Below, piece after piece: positions 1 through 13,347 of a stretch of DNA of 64,000 nucleotides (position 1 is its first letter; each line of letters begins with the position of its first letter). The notes under the pieces were generated by a model that saw nothing but the letters and a program-made list of their open reading frames with translations, was not told the origin of the DNA and did no database searches. A program made the position numbers and the translations under genes. The stretch comes from Phoronis australis (Eukaryota; Animalia; Phoronida). The stretch spans positions 190,674 through 254,673 of the forward strand of contig NMRA01000328.1 in NCBI GenBank assembly GCA_002633005.1, read 5' to 3'.

Positions 1-514
1 GCTTCTCCATTAGGTCATCAGTGACCATTAATTCTACTGTCTTGACACAATGGTGTAAGCACAATTATACAGCTACACCAGAGCATTTCATTTTGTGCAC
101 TCTCATAGCCTAATTGACATTGTTTAGAGGGTAATTCTTTTGTGTGCCAATCCCTTTGACAGTTAGGGTCTTGTGTTGCATAACCTTCTAAAAGAATGTT
201 GACCGTATTTTCAGCAGTTAACAGAAAATGGCACCAATCACAGTCAGGAGGACTGAGAGCCACCATTTAACTGCTTTCAAAATGCCCCAGTAATCACTGT
301 ATGTCATTCTGATTTTTAAATTAAAACAAGAAAATATGATGTTTAATCAACAATGCAAAATGTTTAACAATAGCAACGGCTGGCAGAACGCTGAAGTGTG
401 CCTACCATGTGCACAGCATAAACCGCATATACTAAATGGAGCAAAATTGCTCGTATATTTGAAATAGCCTGTATTAGGGGATGCACAGCAATTCATCAGT
501 GGTCTCCTCAGCAG

Positions 515-1890
515 GAACACACTTGTGGCAAGACCAAAAAACTGGCACTCGGGGGGCACAGTGGTAGTTAGATATGTCCAAATGTCATCATCTGTTGTCA
601 CGCTCATAGAAATACACTTGCCACATTTCACAAAGATCCAGCAGGGAAAAACAGAAAACGCAAAAAAACCAAAGCTGCCACTAGGGGATGCCACAGTAGT
701 CACATGGTCCAAAAATCATCAAAAATGCTCTTCCCACTAGGAACACATTAACCAATTTTCAAAACAATTGTTAGAGTGGTTTGTCCAATAGAGATGGACG
801 ACAAAACCTGAGACTAAAACATAATAAAAAACTGCCAATGGGAAGCGTACACTATGTCAAATCCATCTGAAAATGAAAAGGTGTCATTGCCTCATTAAAT
901 TTCATAAAAATCCATCAAGGAACTCCAAAAATACAGAGGAAAACATAAAAAATAAAATTGCCAGTAAAGGCACAGCAGGATCCGTCTGAACATCATCATC
1001 ACCATTTTTCATCTCCATATTAAATTTAATAAAGAACCTGCACATGGTTTATGAGATACATCCCCGGATGCAAAGAAAACAAAACTGCCACTAGAAGTCC
1101 AAAAATCATTGTCAGCCGTCCTCTTCCCAGTAAGAACATATTTTTAAATTTTCATAATCATCCTATTTAGAGTGGTTTGGTCGATGCCAAAAACAGACTC
1201 AAAAATAATAAAAGTGGCCACTAAGTGGCATGCACTGCGTCAACTCCATCTGAAAACAGAAAGATATCATCACCTCCTTTAAAACAGAAATCAATTTTGC
1301 CAAATTTCATAAAAATCTGTCCACGAATTCCAAAGATATAGAAGAAATTGGGAAAAAATGCTACTAGGGGGCACAGAGGCGATTGGATCCTGTCCGAAAG
1401 TGATCGTCATCAGTTGTCATCTTCATATTAATACACTTGCCAAAGTTAACAAAGATGCTGCAGATGGTTTAGGAGATACAGCCATGGATGTAAAGAACAT
1501 AACTGCCATTAGGAAGAGCCACTGTAGTTGGAGCTGTCTGAAAATCATTGTCGGCCGTCCTCTTTCCAGTAGAAACATACGGTATATGCCAATTTTCATA
1601 ATAATTGGCCTATAGAGGGGTGGGTGGCAAAAACAGACTAAAAAATGCTAGAAAATGGCCACTAGGTAGTACAAAATACGTCAAATTCATTTGAAAATGT
1701 GAATGTGGCATCATCTTCCCAATAGATACCTATTTGCCAAATTTCATGATAATCCGTTAAAAATACACGAACATAGAGAGGCAAACGTAAAAAATAAAAT
1801 TGCCACTAGGGGGCACATTGGTAGTTAGATATGTCCTAAAATTTGCTCGTGCTGTCCCATCCATGAGAACACATCAGGAAAATTTTATGA
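515..1890 (+). mobile_element. Helentron/HINE-like repeat with internal degenerate modules (copy 1); boundaries approximate
   Basis: Recurrent aaattgccactagggggcac, ccaaatttcat(g)aaaatcc and ggtttaggagatacagc modules shared with 36575-37700 and 62170-62870. Confidence 0.6.
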
Positions 1891-4792
1891 ACATAATAGC
1901 AAGGGAGGGAGGGATGGAGGGAGAGGGAGAGAGAAAGAGAGAGAGAGCTTCCTTGTACTGACACAGTTTGCTGGCTATGACAATTAGATGACATAACCCA
2001 AACACCAAAATGGCATTCTAGAAATGTTCACAAGAGACAATCTGAACATGGCAGACAAAATGGCTCTGACTGGGGGTCTTGGTGGGCGCTGGAGCATGAA
2101 AGGGCTTTTTAAAGACTTCCTTTTCAACCGATAAAGGCAGTGATCAAAGGACTAGTGAGAATTTGAGAACAGCAATCATTTGTTTACATTTAATATTCAG
2201 TGGTGACAGATAACAACACAAATATTTTCAATTGGATGAGTCGAGTGAGGAGGTCTAGTTCACTGTTCTTACCAAATATTATATACCAGCATTTTGGTTT
2301 ACAACCCAAGAAAACTGGTGTAAACAGAAACTAACTTTGTGGTTCAACTTGAGAGTTGGAAGTTAATGCGAAAATTGGTATATCTTATGTTTATTGAGAG
2401 ACTCATTAAATCTAATTTAGAGTTTCCCTGCAGCTGCAATTTTTGAGGACATAACAATCTAATATGCAATCCTTAAGAAAATTGGGTGTTGGTTAGCGTT
2501 GGTATTTTACTGGTATTTGAAAATATATTACAAATGTTTGGATAAAGTGTTCCTCTGTCTATAACAACTTTTACACAAAAGCTGCATTGTGGTCATGTGA
2601 AACCTGTGTTGAGTAGCATTGAACTACAATTTGAAACTTGCTGTTCCTAAACCATGATTCTGGTTTAATCGCAGCTTACTTGGTTCTGTGTGTTTTCATT
2701 ACCCCTATCTAAGTGTATAAAGACAGTAAACTATGCCCCAGATGAATACTTTCTTCTTTAGACCTGTTCCGCAAGTTAAATTCCAAAACTTATTTCAAGT
2801 CATTTGGAAAATAGATGACAACTACAATAAAAGCACCTTCTCGCACTCACTACTTGCACAACTTTATTTGCAAGAATTACAACCAGTTCACTAGTCCAAA
2901 CATAAGTACTGAGAAAAGCAGAAGTCACTTCAGTCTAGACAAAATCACACTGTCCATGTTTCAAGTACAATTCTACAAGTTGCAACAAAACCAAAGTTTG
3001 CCACATGTTCAGTGCTGTGGTGGTAAAATTATAGGTAAGTAAGTGCCGAAAGCCCACCGTATCACCTTGAGCACTGAACGTAAATTACGGTGCGTAGGCG
3101 CAATGTTCAAATACCAAAAGGTGGTTGACTGCGCCTACGTGCACCTATGCCCCACTACAGCACTGCACATGTTTGCTGGAAACAGAAACATTGTTCAGTT
3201 ACACCTTTTGCACGCATTTCTACAGGAGTGGTGCATTTTTATCCCCAGAACTCTAGCAAAGCCCAATGTCACAACATCAAATGCCTGAGACTCCATCCAA
3301 TCCCTCACTTGCCAAAGGCTCAGACCTATTGTTAGAGGTGGTGAGGCTTGATTAAGCCTGATCTTATCTGGTCATAAACAGTGGTAAACAACTCAGGCCT
3401 AATTTACAAAAGCTTCAGACTAAAAGTTCGAAAAAATAACCTATAGTACAAGATGTTTTTCCAGGCAGCAAAAAATTAACAGAGTTGAGTCTTTGGTTTG
3501 CAAAAATCCCAAACAATCAACAGAAGCCAAAAACACAACTTGAATAGCACCCAAAAGACTTTAGATTTCAAAGTACTGATTACATTTCCACTTCCTTACT
3601 TTAAAGATCTCCACATACAATAGACAGGTTCAATAGGCCTTGCAAACATTTTGTATTTTCAGAAGGCTTTGGGGGTAACGGATGTTAACGACAGAAACTC
3701 TTGTCATGAAAGACTCATCTGATTAAAGCGATTTTTTATCTCTGTAGAAAAATATGACAAAGATAAGATTCATTCTGCTTATTTTTAGCATTTGACATTG
3801 GAGAGGCTGCAGTGTAACATCTTTGTATGAACCAGACTTGATGTATTGTTCCAAAGTTACAAATATTTTCACACCTGAAAACACCCACTTTCACACTCTC
3901 TACAGTTTCACCAACTATGAATGGAATGTGATGGCACCATGGTGCAGCTATTACTTCACACCCTTGGTCAATAACCCTGGCTTAGTTTTAAAAACAACTT
4001 ATGACCCTAGCTGCCTGTCTCAGAACAAAGGGGTGACAATTACACTTACACAAAAGAATGTGTTAAATCACTGGTAGCATTCAAGGTTCTATGGTCCCAT
4101 TAAGTCATTAGTAGAGCTACTGCTGGTGTCACCTTCAATGACATGACGTCATCATACTTGGACCAATGTGTAATGCAGTTTGCAACATCCTACTATGACA
4201 TCCCATGAGGTCACCTTCAATGACTTCAAGTTATCATTCACAAAGTCAGCATCCATGGACCAATGTGTTACACTGCAAGTAACGCCTACTGTCAAACGGG
4301 CTAGGGTCCCATTACTGGGGTCACCTTCCATGACTAGAAGTTATCGTTTACAAAGCAAACACTTACAAAAAATCGCTGAAATATTAGTTAGTCAATGCTT
4401 TGTGCCAAACGGTCATATAGGATGGCATGGTGATTACAAATACGGTAATACATGCGTGACATATGTCCTCAATAATATCATAACAGGTCACGGCCCACCA
4501 GTACAGGTTGCATTCTTCAAGGTTAGTGTATTCTGATGACATCACAAAGTTGATTTTGTCGCTTTATTGCACCTGTTTAGGTCCAGTATTAAAAAAGTGA
4601 ATTTGGTACCTTCAGATATACCTTGAATCCAGATCTTAGATAGGCTGAGCCACTGTAACAGCTAGCTTATGGCTGGCAATTCTGAGATCATTTGGGATGG
4701 GGTGCAATTTTGATTGGATTGATTTGATATCACAAAGCAATGTATTCGATAAAAGCAAAACATCCCATGGTTAAACACCCACATTTTCAGAG

Positions 4793-4863
4793 TTTGACTT
4801 ATAAATTTGACTTACAAATTTGACTTATAAATTTGTCTTATAAATTTGACATATAAATTTGTC
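4793..4863. repeat. 13-bp tandem repeat (~5.5 copies)
   Basis: TTTGACTTATAAA units read directly. Confidence 0.9.
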
Positions 4864-7064
4864 CAACTTTGCAAATTGGACTTGGCATAAAACATATTTA
4901 AAAGCAATGTAATTAGATGTCCATATCAGCGCCATACCAAAAATAAATGGTGCCTTAGTAAAACATTTTATTTCTTCAAAAAGATTCAACGGATGATGAA
5001 GCTGTTACTCTGATACCTGTGGTGGATTTTGTGTTTTATGTGTCTACCTGGAATACTTGAGTCAAAAACATTCAAAAGCATTCACAAACAATGCCAAATA
5101 ACTAAAGAAGGAAACACTATTCAGAGGCAAAAACTAGAAGTATGTTTTAAAGTTAATTTACAGGTCCATTTAACATGTTAGTTTAAAATATGAATTTCAT
5201 CAATTTCTATTTTTTTTGTAATTTTTATTAAACTCAAACATCTCAAAATATGTAAATATGTCTCTGTTCATTTAGCAGATTTTTCAGAAAGCTTTATTAA
5301 ACAAATTTTGTAGTGTTTGGTAGATTTGTTAAGAATTTGCCCTCCCAGATCAATTCAAAACAACACAATGGCATCTAGAATGTTAATTTCATGTAAAACA
5401 CAACAGATATGCGTAAATAAAATACACTAAAACCAGATGTTATTACTTGCAAATTGCAATCTTTGTTGAAGAAAATTGGCAGCATAAGGAAAAATGGGGG
5501 ATATAGAAGCATTCAAGTGGAATTATGAAAATAAAATGGCCGCTATGCTTCTGCCATCAATGATTGGACCGCGATGAAACACAAAAAGGCATTAAAGATT
5601 CAGATGTTGCGTAAACCTCATGCCTGAATTAGACGAGAAATGCGACCTGTTGTGTGCGAAACACACAAAATTATTCACAAATGAGATGGACAGAGTGGCA
5701 TACTTGATGCAATTTATTGCCCCAACTTATAAGAGTCCTGAGCAGGCTGCCTGGAACCATAAGTTTGTCATTTTGAACTTGGAAGGGGTAACTACTCTGC
5801 ATAGTGGCTAAGAATTTTGCAAACATTTATAAATCATGGGTGTTCTTCACACACGATGGGCCTTTTGAAATTGATACACCATAAATGTCTCAGCAGACCT
5901 GTATGAGTAAACACAGCTTAACAAAGGGTTTATGGTCCAGGCTAAGGTGATAATTGTTTTATTACCTCCTATGGGTTTTGAAAAGCCAAGCCCAGACCAT
6001 CCTAAATGGCCAGCACACTTACTTGGGATGGTCGAAATTCTTGAGCAAACAGCAAGCCTTTCTTCAGTGAATGACAAGCGATTTCACGCCCCTACACTTT
6101 TAAAGCTGATAGTGTCAAAACGACAAGAGTTACCAAATGAATTAAGACATTTGTTATCAGTTTTTGACTATGTTGCTAGAGTCCAATCAAATATTAGTGC
6201 AACCAGTTTTATTTCTCTCAGATTGCAGTCACAGCCATTTTGCTGACTCAGCCAAGGCGTAGAATGAACACACGTATCCACGTACACACAATGAAGACCA
6301 AGCACTTTGATTACCAGGGAACAAGTGGGTGTTTAAGATAAAATTGGGCAAGTGTTTGTGTGGTCAAAGAAGGCCATAGCTCATGCATAATCCATGATAG
6401 ATTGTTGATGACAGCCACAAGAACATGGCCAATTTTAGGTTGTTGTGTTTAGGCAGACTGAATTTGGCAACATACAGTAATGCAACAGAAAAACGACTTT
6501 AGCAATTAAAGCTACAAATTTTCTTGCATAAACCTGACCTTTTAACATGCTGTATGAAAAATTGTTTAAAGCTGCACATCACCCTGTTTAGGTGGCTAAA
6601 AAGTAAATTAGTAAATTTTTCAGTTACACCTTTTGTACACACTTCTATATGAATCTGTGAATTTTTACCCCAGAGCCTCTAAAAAGTATCAAGTCACATT
6701 CAAATCCTTATAGACTCCAATCCCTCACATGTCCAAGGCTGATCTATGGTTAGTGTGGCAAGTCTTGATGATGTGCAGTCTTATCTGGTCATAAACTGTG
6801 TTTTACAACTCAGGCCTCATTTACAAAAGCTAAAATTCATAATGTCTTCCAGCAAGAAACATGACATGGGAATAGCGTTTACAGACTGCTAAACCAAGAC
6901 TAGGCTAGGAGAGGTGCTTTGCCCTACACGGTGTCACATGACATCAAAGCATTGTTCTGGTAACAGCACGGTACACCCCAGCCAAGCAGGAAGTTAAACC
7001 TTTTTATAAAGAAATGCTCCATTTACACCGTAACTGAGCTTGTAAATTTCAACTGCCCCTTAAC

Positions 7065-7515
7065 CAAGGTACCTAAACTACATGGTTAACGGACTAATAA
7101 ACACGGCCCACAGACGCATGAACACGACTCACGGACCTGCAAACACTGTCCACTGACTCACAAACGTGGGAACGGACTTACAAAACATGATCCACGCACC
7201 CAAATACATGGGACACGGACTCATAATCCCAAGGAAACACGGTTAACAGACCGCCAAACACAGTTTACGGACAAAATGGAGATGTCAGCTGACCCAGGAA
7301 GCCGATGAGTCCGTGATCTGTGTTTGGCGGTCCGTTAACCGTGTTTCCTCGTGAATATGAGTCCGTGTCCCGTGTATTTGGGTGCATGGACCGTGTTTTG
7401 TGAGTCCGTTCCCATGTTTGTGAGTCAGTGGACGGTGTTTGCAGGTCCGTGAGTCGTCTTCATGCGTCCGTGCCCGTGTTTATGAGTCCGTTGACCGTGT
7501 AGTTTAGGTACCTTG
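7065..7515. mobile_element. Foldback-type MITE with ~208-bp inverted arms
   Basis: CAAGGTACCTAAACTAC...GTAGTTTAGGTACCTTG. Arms ~7065-7272 and ~7309-7515 are built of cacggac/aaacacgg subrepeats. TTAA at 7060-7063 and 7516-7519. Confidence 0.85.
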
Positions 7516-9495
7516 TTAAAGGTTAGAAAATAGTGGGCCAGTACATATTTCTACCAGATTAGCGTTATTTGTTTGGAAACACAAAGGGTTGGGTCATGGG
7601 CTATCTGCAGATGATCAGGGTGAGTGGGGTGATGGTGTAATTTGTAAACACAAGTTTTAAGTCATGAAATTAACACATCAATTGGATCTTTGATTTTTTT
7701 AAAATTGGTGAACTATTCAGACTCAATTCGTAATAATTTTAAATGGCATTGGAAAGACCTCAACTTGCCTACTGCTGATTATCATGTTTCCATTTCATTA
7801 GTTTTGGGGTCTCCACATACAGGTTCAATAGGCGGTGCAAACCTCTCAGGATTTTCAGAAGGCTTTGTAACTGTAGAAAATGTTGCCATGAGGCCTTATA
7901 CTCTCATAAAATTGGTCTCATACAGGCCTTATCACAACAATATTCTATTTCTGTCACCAACAAGAACATAGAAACCATCAGTGACACAAGCGCTTCAGAG
8001 GTTATTGGGGGCTAAGCAACTCTAAAATTGCACACATTACCTTTGACTTCATTACCTGTGACTTCATTACCTGTGACTTGAGTTGGTAAGGGAAATGGAA
8101 TCTTATCACGGTAAGACATATTATGATTTTATGAGAGTAAAATACACAATTCAATTTTCATTTATAGCTACCTAAACAGGGCCAAAGGCAGTTTTAATTA
8201 TTTTCATTTTCTTAATCTAAGATAAACGCTCCTCTATCCTCCCCTGTCCCCTTCCTTGTCGCAACTAGTTCCAATTTAGAGAACTGAAAGAATACTTTCT
8301 TTCAAACCTATTTATGAATTCCATTTTATATTCTCATTTCAACAACAAAACATTCAAGGAATATTTGCAGGACTACTGTTAAAGCACCCTTGTAGGGGAA
8401 ACTCATAAATAAATGACCCCCTGTGTAGTTAATATACCAGCAAATAATAATCAAGGAATGTAAGACTAAATAGTTTTATTTAAGAATTATCCCAAGCTGT
8501 TACAACTAATCAGGAATAAATTACTTGTTGCAATTGTATGTGTACCATTTTATAAATAAATGATTGCCAGAGACTTGTTAGTTGGGTCACACTTTCCAAA
8601 CATAGTACATGAGAAAACCAAATTATCTCCCTTGCTCAGAATCCTCATCATATTTCTCAATGGAAAAACATCATCACAAAACAGAAGAACTGAAATGCAA
8701 ACGAAACAATCCCAAATGTAAACAGGTTACTGCACAAAAGCTAAATATCTACGATATGCCAGGGTGCTAGCGAAAATGCTAGCTTTTTGTGAATGTGGCA
8801 TGAATCCAATTTTAGAATGAAAGGTTTCATTTGCTTTAACTTCATGTGTCATACACTTGAAAAAATGTTGTGCTACTCAGGGAGCATGTAAAAAGTACCA
8901 AGCTGACACATTGCATCCATCAATGCATAGTTGCCAATACTTTCTAAAAGGAAAAAACAGGACACATGACTCAACAATGACCACCATGATGAAAATGTAA
9001 GAATTCTCCATGTAACTCTCAGAAATGGAATGCTGACAGCCTTTTTCCCACTTTTTGGTTGGGGATCTGGGAAATGGGGGAAACATGCAGCACAACAATG
9101 TATGTAAATACAGACGCTTGTGTCAAAAACTGGGACAATTGGTTGTTGTTGTAGGATGTGGGACGAAGTTCAAAAAGCAGAAACGTTGGAAAGGATTCTT
9201 CGAATTTAAGAAACAACGCACATTATCTGACTGAAAGGTTTATCAGTGTTGCATGCGTCGCCACCTTTTGGTGATCAGATGAACTATCATAGCTTTAAGT
9301 GATTTATGGACATTCAGTCTTGATGGTCCAAGTGCAACTTTCGGAGGTCGCCTTGCTAGAATTACCATCTAAGGTAGTCCTGGCTCAGGTTCTGAGAATC
9401 TGAAGATCTTGTCAGCTAATGTCCATGTGAACCAGTGGCTATAAAAGATCCAGCATCATGTTTGAGAGAGGCCGCCCAGAGTCTGCATTAGACTA

Positions 9496-10521
9496 GCGTA
9501 TTCGTTCTAGAATGTGCTCATGCCCCAATAAGCGCCCCCCACGAGTTTCCACACTTCGCTGAAACAAGCACCCAGTCCATGAAAGTGTGCCTGCAAAAAA
9601 TGTCTTACCTACAGTAGCGTCTTCAATTTATCAACAAGATCGGCAGTCGTGAAAAAAATCATTGTGCATGGAATTTCTAGACCACCAGCCTTGCTGCTAT
9701 GTCGGTATTTAGCCATGACTATACACTTCAAATTTCCGCCGTGCTTCAAAAACAACCTAACAGTTTTGTTGATCTTGCGAGGAACTTGTCCCACTGTGGT
9801 GTGGCTTTTCAGAACAGACACAGGGATTGAATCTTTCACGTAGTTTCCAATTCTCCCTGAACAGGATTCCAAATTTCTTTGTACATGTGAAAACCGTGAA
9901 TTGAACTGGTACACATTCAGCTGACGGCTGTCTCACGACTAAAAAACTTTTGTGTTAAAAGCACATGGCCAGGAAGCACGCGCTGCATATACATTCCAGT
10001 CAAAACAAACTTCACATGACAACACGATTGTGTTTTCCGAGGGGTCTGTCCAGAGATTTTTCTCATATTGTGGGGTACAATCTTGCCCAAAATTCGGATC
10101 TAACCTGCTCTTAATCCGGACTCCACAGGAGCTTAAAAATCTTAGAGGCGCTATTGAAAAACTTAAGTGAGGACTTAAGGTTATTTGTTGAGTCGAAATT
10201 GTATTTTCATTCAAGTTGTCATATCGATAATTGCAATGCATTGACATATCAGCGAGTTCTCACCCTGGGATTTCAGCACAATTTTTGGTAAAATGATAGC
10301 AATTTAACAATGAAGTTTGATAGCAATGCACCACAGTTTTGTAGAAAGTCTGTCATAGGTTAGAGATAAACCACAGAATGTAAATTTGATGAATCCCAGC
10401 TTACGATCTCACCCCTTTCGGAGATTGGATTTCAACCGTCGTAGGTTATAATAACCACCCCCAGCCCTGAAAAGAATTTTTCTAAGCGCTGATTTCTAGG
10501 TGCTGATTAGGCCAAACACGG
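9496..10521 (-). mobile_element. Second, diverged and shorter copy of the HIRAN-carrying TIR element, opposite orientation
   Basis: Shares blocks with 38733-40264 (aataagcgccc, TCCAGAGATTTTTCTC, LKTLL terminus). ORF 9609-9914 contains VGQVPRKI...FLKHGGNLKC...GGLEIPC. Confidence 0.72.
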
Positions 10522-11429
10522 CCACTTGAAATTAAATCTACCTTTCCGTGTGTTAGTTACACTAGTTACGCATTTTACACACTCAAGTTAGCTAATTCTT
10601 ATCTTTTTCTTTAAAATGTTCTGCAGTACAGTTCGTCATGCTTGTCCTGTGTTTGCTGTGCTCAGACAATTACTTTCGACCAAGATGGTCTTAAATTGTC
10701 TACCAACCCACTCGGGCTGACTCTCGCAAAGTCACGCTCAGTTTTTGTCACCGATTCCTATATTGTACTACCATGTCCTCAGACTCTGTGTGAGTATTTT
10801 CATGATTCCTGTACTGTGTATCAATTATTTTACCTTGTATTTAAAGTACGAAAATCATATATTTATATTTTTAGCTCTGTATCAGGTTTTTCTAAACGCA
10901 TCAAAATCAGAAGATACCAACAAGATGGATTCATACAAAAATACAGAACAAGACTGCGAACAAAAATGAAAACCTGGCATGTTACACAAATTATTCTACT
11001 TCAAACCACAGTGATTATAGGTGGCTACAAATCTGATTCATACACAACTAAGAAGACTGCATTAAAGGTGACAACAGGAAATTGACCAAAACAACCAGAG
11101 TGCACAGCACCTCTGGGCTAGAATCTATTGTACTGATACAAATTCCCTTTGGAACAGTTGCAAGCCTGTAATTTGTTGTGAGACAGTACACCCACTCATG
11201 TCTGGGCTATGAAACGTACAATCCCAGCACCAAGTGATAACACATCCAATCAAGCTTGACGGACAAAAGGTGCCACCTATAGGAGTCAAGTGACAATGGA
11301 GGTAAGCCAGTTGTTACTGTCCAAAACTCCTTCTACAAAATGAGAAAGAATCTTGGAGATAAAGAAATGGGAAGACAAAAGATACAATGAACTTCGATGA
11401 AAGTCAAGATATGTCGTTTAAGTCTAAAC

Positions 11430-11566
11430 CAACTCTATATGCATAGCCTCCTCTATGAGGAGCCTGAGGGTGGCATTATCCATGTCCGAAATCTGAATAC
11501 CAGAGTAATCTGTAGTGTGACTAGTTGTTAATGCTCCCCATAAAGGAGGCTATGCATATAGGGTTG
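11430..11566. mobile_element. Short MITE with 34-bp imperfect TIRs
   Basis: CAACTCTATATGCATAGCCTCCTCTATGAGGAGC / GCTCCCCATAAAGGAGGCTATGCATATAGGGTTG. Confidence 0.7.
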
Positions 11567-13293
11567 AATCATGCTGAGCAGAATCTGAATAGAAACATTG
11601 GTTGATTTAAGCTCCATCTGTTTTAATTTCTGGTCTCTCCCCTCAAAATGCATTTTGATGTGTACCTGTGCAGTCTGTGATCCACCTGTGTCACCTGACT
11701 GGAATATTGTGAACTTTTGTCTTGAGAATGATTCAGAGACAATAAGTTGAAACGTCGAATAGTCTGTAGTTGTTCACATATGCGCTGATTTTAAAGTTTG
11801 TATGCATATTTTGGCCAAAAACAAATGTAGTTGATTTCACTATGAAATTTGTATGCAAAAGGTTTGTCTAGTTAGCAAAAGGACAAGCAAAACTTCCGAT
11901 GAGAAAGAGCTATGGGCTACTAACTTCTAAAATGCCTGAACTTACAAATACACACAGAACCAACTTGGCAATATATTCCCTGTCACAGTGGAAGTTTAGG
12001 TTTGAGTGTGGCCATCTTTAAGGAAAAACAAATTGCTGCTCAATTTCAAAAACAGTCTTCGTTGTGCAATTGTAATATGTTTATGACAGTGTTAAAGAAT
12101 TAATACAACTTCTGTCAGGCACACATTCAGGATCCAGAGAGCTGTGCTCAAATTTGAGGACATTTTTGCAACAATTTCTACAAAGACGAGCACAAAGTTC
12201 ATACCAGCCTGCAAATAGCACCCCATAGCAGCAGCGTAAACTGTCCAAAATCATCAGCCTGACGGTTTCCATCACTGACAGAAACACACTAGTAAAAAAT
12301 TTTGTATTCTTCAAACTGTTTAGGAGACAGATATACGTAGCCAGAAGCAGACACAGATGCCAGAAACGGACACTGAAATACTGATAGTACCTGACTAGGG
12401 GGCAGAAAATGATGAGGCAGGGCCAATCTTTTTATAGAAACACATCTGCCAACTTTCATAAGTTCTGTCAAGGTACTAGTAGTTACAGAGGTTGACGCCA
12501 AAAGGTAAAATTGCTGCAAGAGGGCTTAGCAGTAGTAAGAACCAACCAAAAGTGAATGTAAGCCTAGCTCGCGTTAATAGGGACAGGTCTACCAAATTTT
12601 ATGATACTTTAAATAATTTGGAAGATATCGAGACAGCGAAGTTCAAAAAACAATTCTGCCAATGGGGGGGGGGGGGGGGGGNTGAAATATATCTGTCAAA
12701 TTTCACAACGATGCTTCATTGACCTTGGTAAATTATTGAGTTGAGAAACGCATAAGAATCTAAACCCACCACTACATGCACAGTGGTATTTTTAATCGTT
12801 CTGAAAAATCTACATCAGCAGTGGTCTTGTCAATATGAACATATTCCTCAAATTTTATGGTGATCCTACAAACTGGCAGATTGAGAGGATGCAAAAAACG
12901 AACATCAAATTAAAGTAAAATTGCCACCAGGTAGTCACCATTTTAATAATTAACTTCAAAATCAGCAGAGCTTGGAAAAATAGCCCATGGCTTGTGAGAC
13001 ATTATCAAATTAATTTTTACATATAAAAAGAAAAAATGCAGAATTTAAAAAAGCGAGGCTGACTGAGTTTTAGACATATAGGCATTAACTTAGAAATTGT
13101 TTGAAAAATCCTTGGCATTCAGTAATTGTAATCAAAAGGTTGGAGTTGTTACCAATGAATAGTTAATACACCTCTTGAACAGAAGTAAGGAATACTATGA
13201 AAGCCGAAATCAAAATATTACATCTTAGCTATGATTCACTATATGGAAATCGGTACAGCATTTTGAACAAGAGCAATGCACCCGTTGTGTGCA

Positions 13294-13347
13294 TTGCATA
13301 CAGCCTGCATACAGACTGCATACAGACTGCATACAGCCTGCATACAG
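13294..13347. repeat. 10-bp tandem repeat
   Basis: TGCATACAG(A/C)C about 5 times. Confidence 0.85.

Noticed and set aside
9369-9438. Possible terminal exon on the minus strand (ttttatag|C-HWFTWTLADKIFRFSEPEPGLP*)
   Set aside because: No recognisable homology, and I found no partner exons with matching phase. A short open stretch after AG is expected by chance.
11721-11757. CTTGAGAA...GAAACGTCG resembling a Penelope-type hammerhead remnant
   Set aside because: The core is not CUGANGA and stem II does not pair convincingly.
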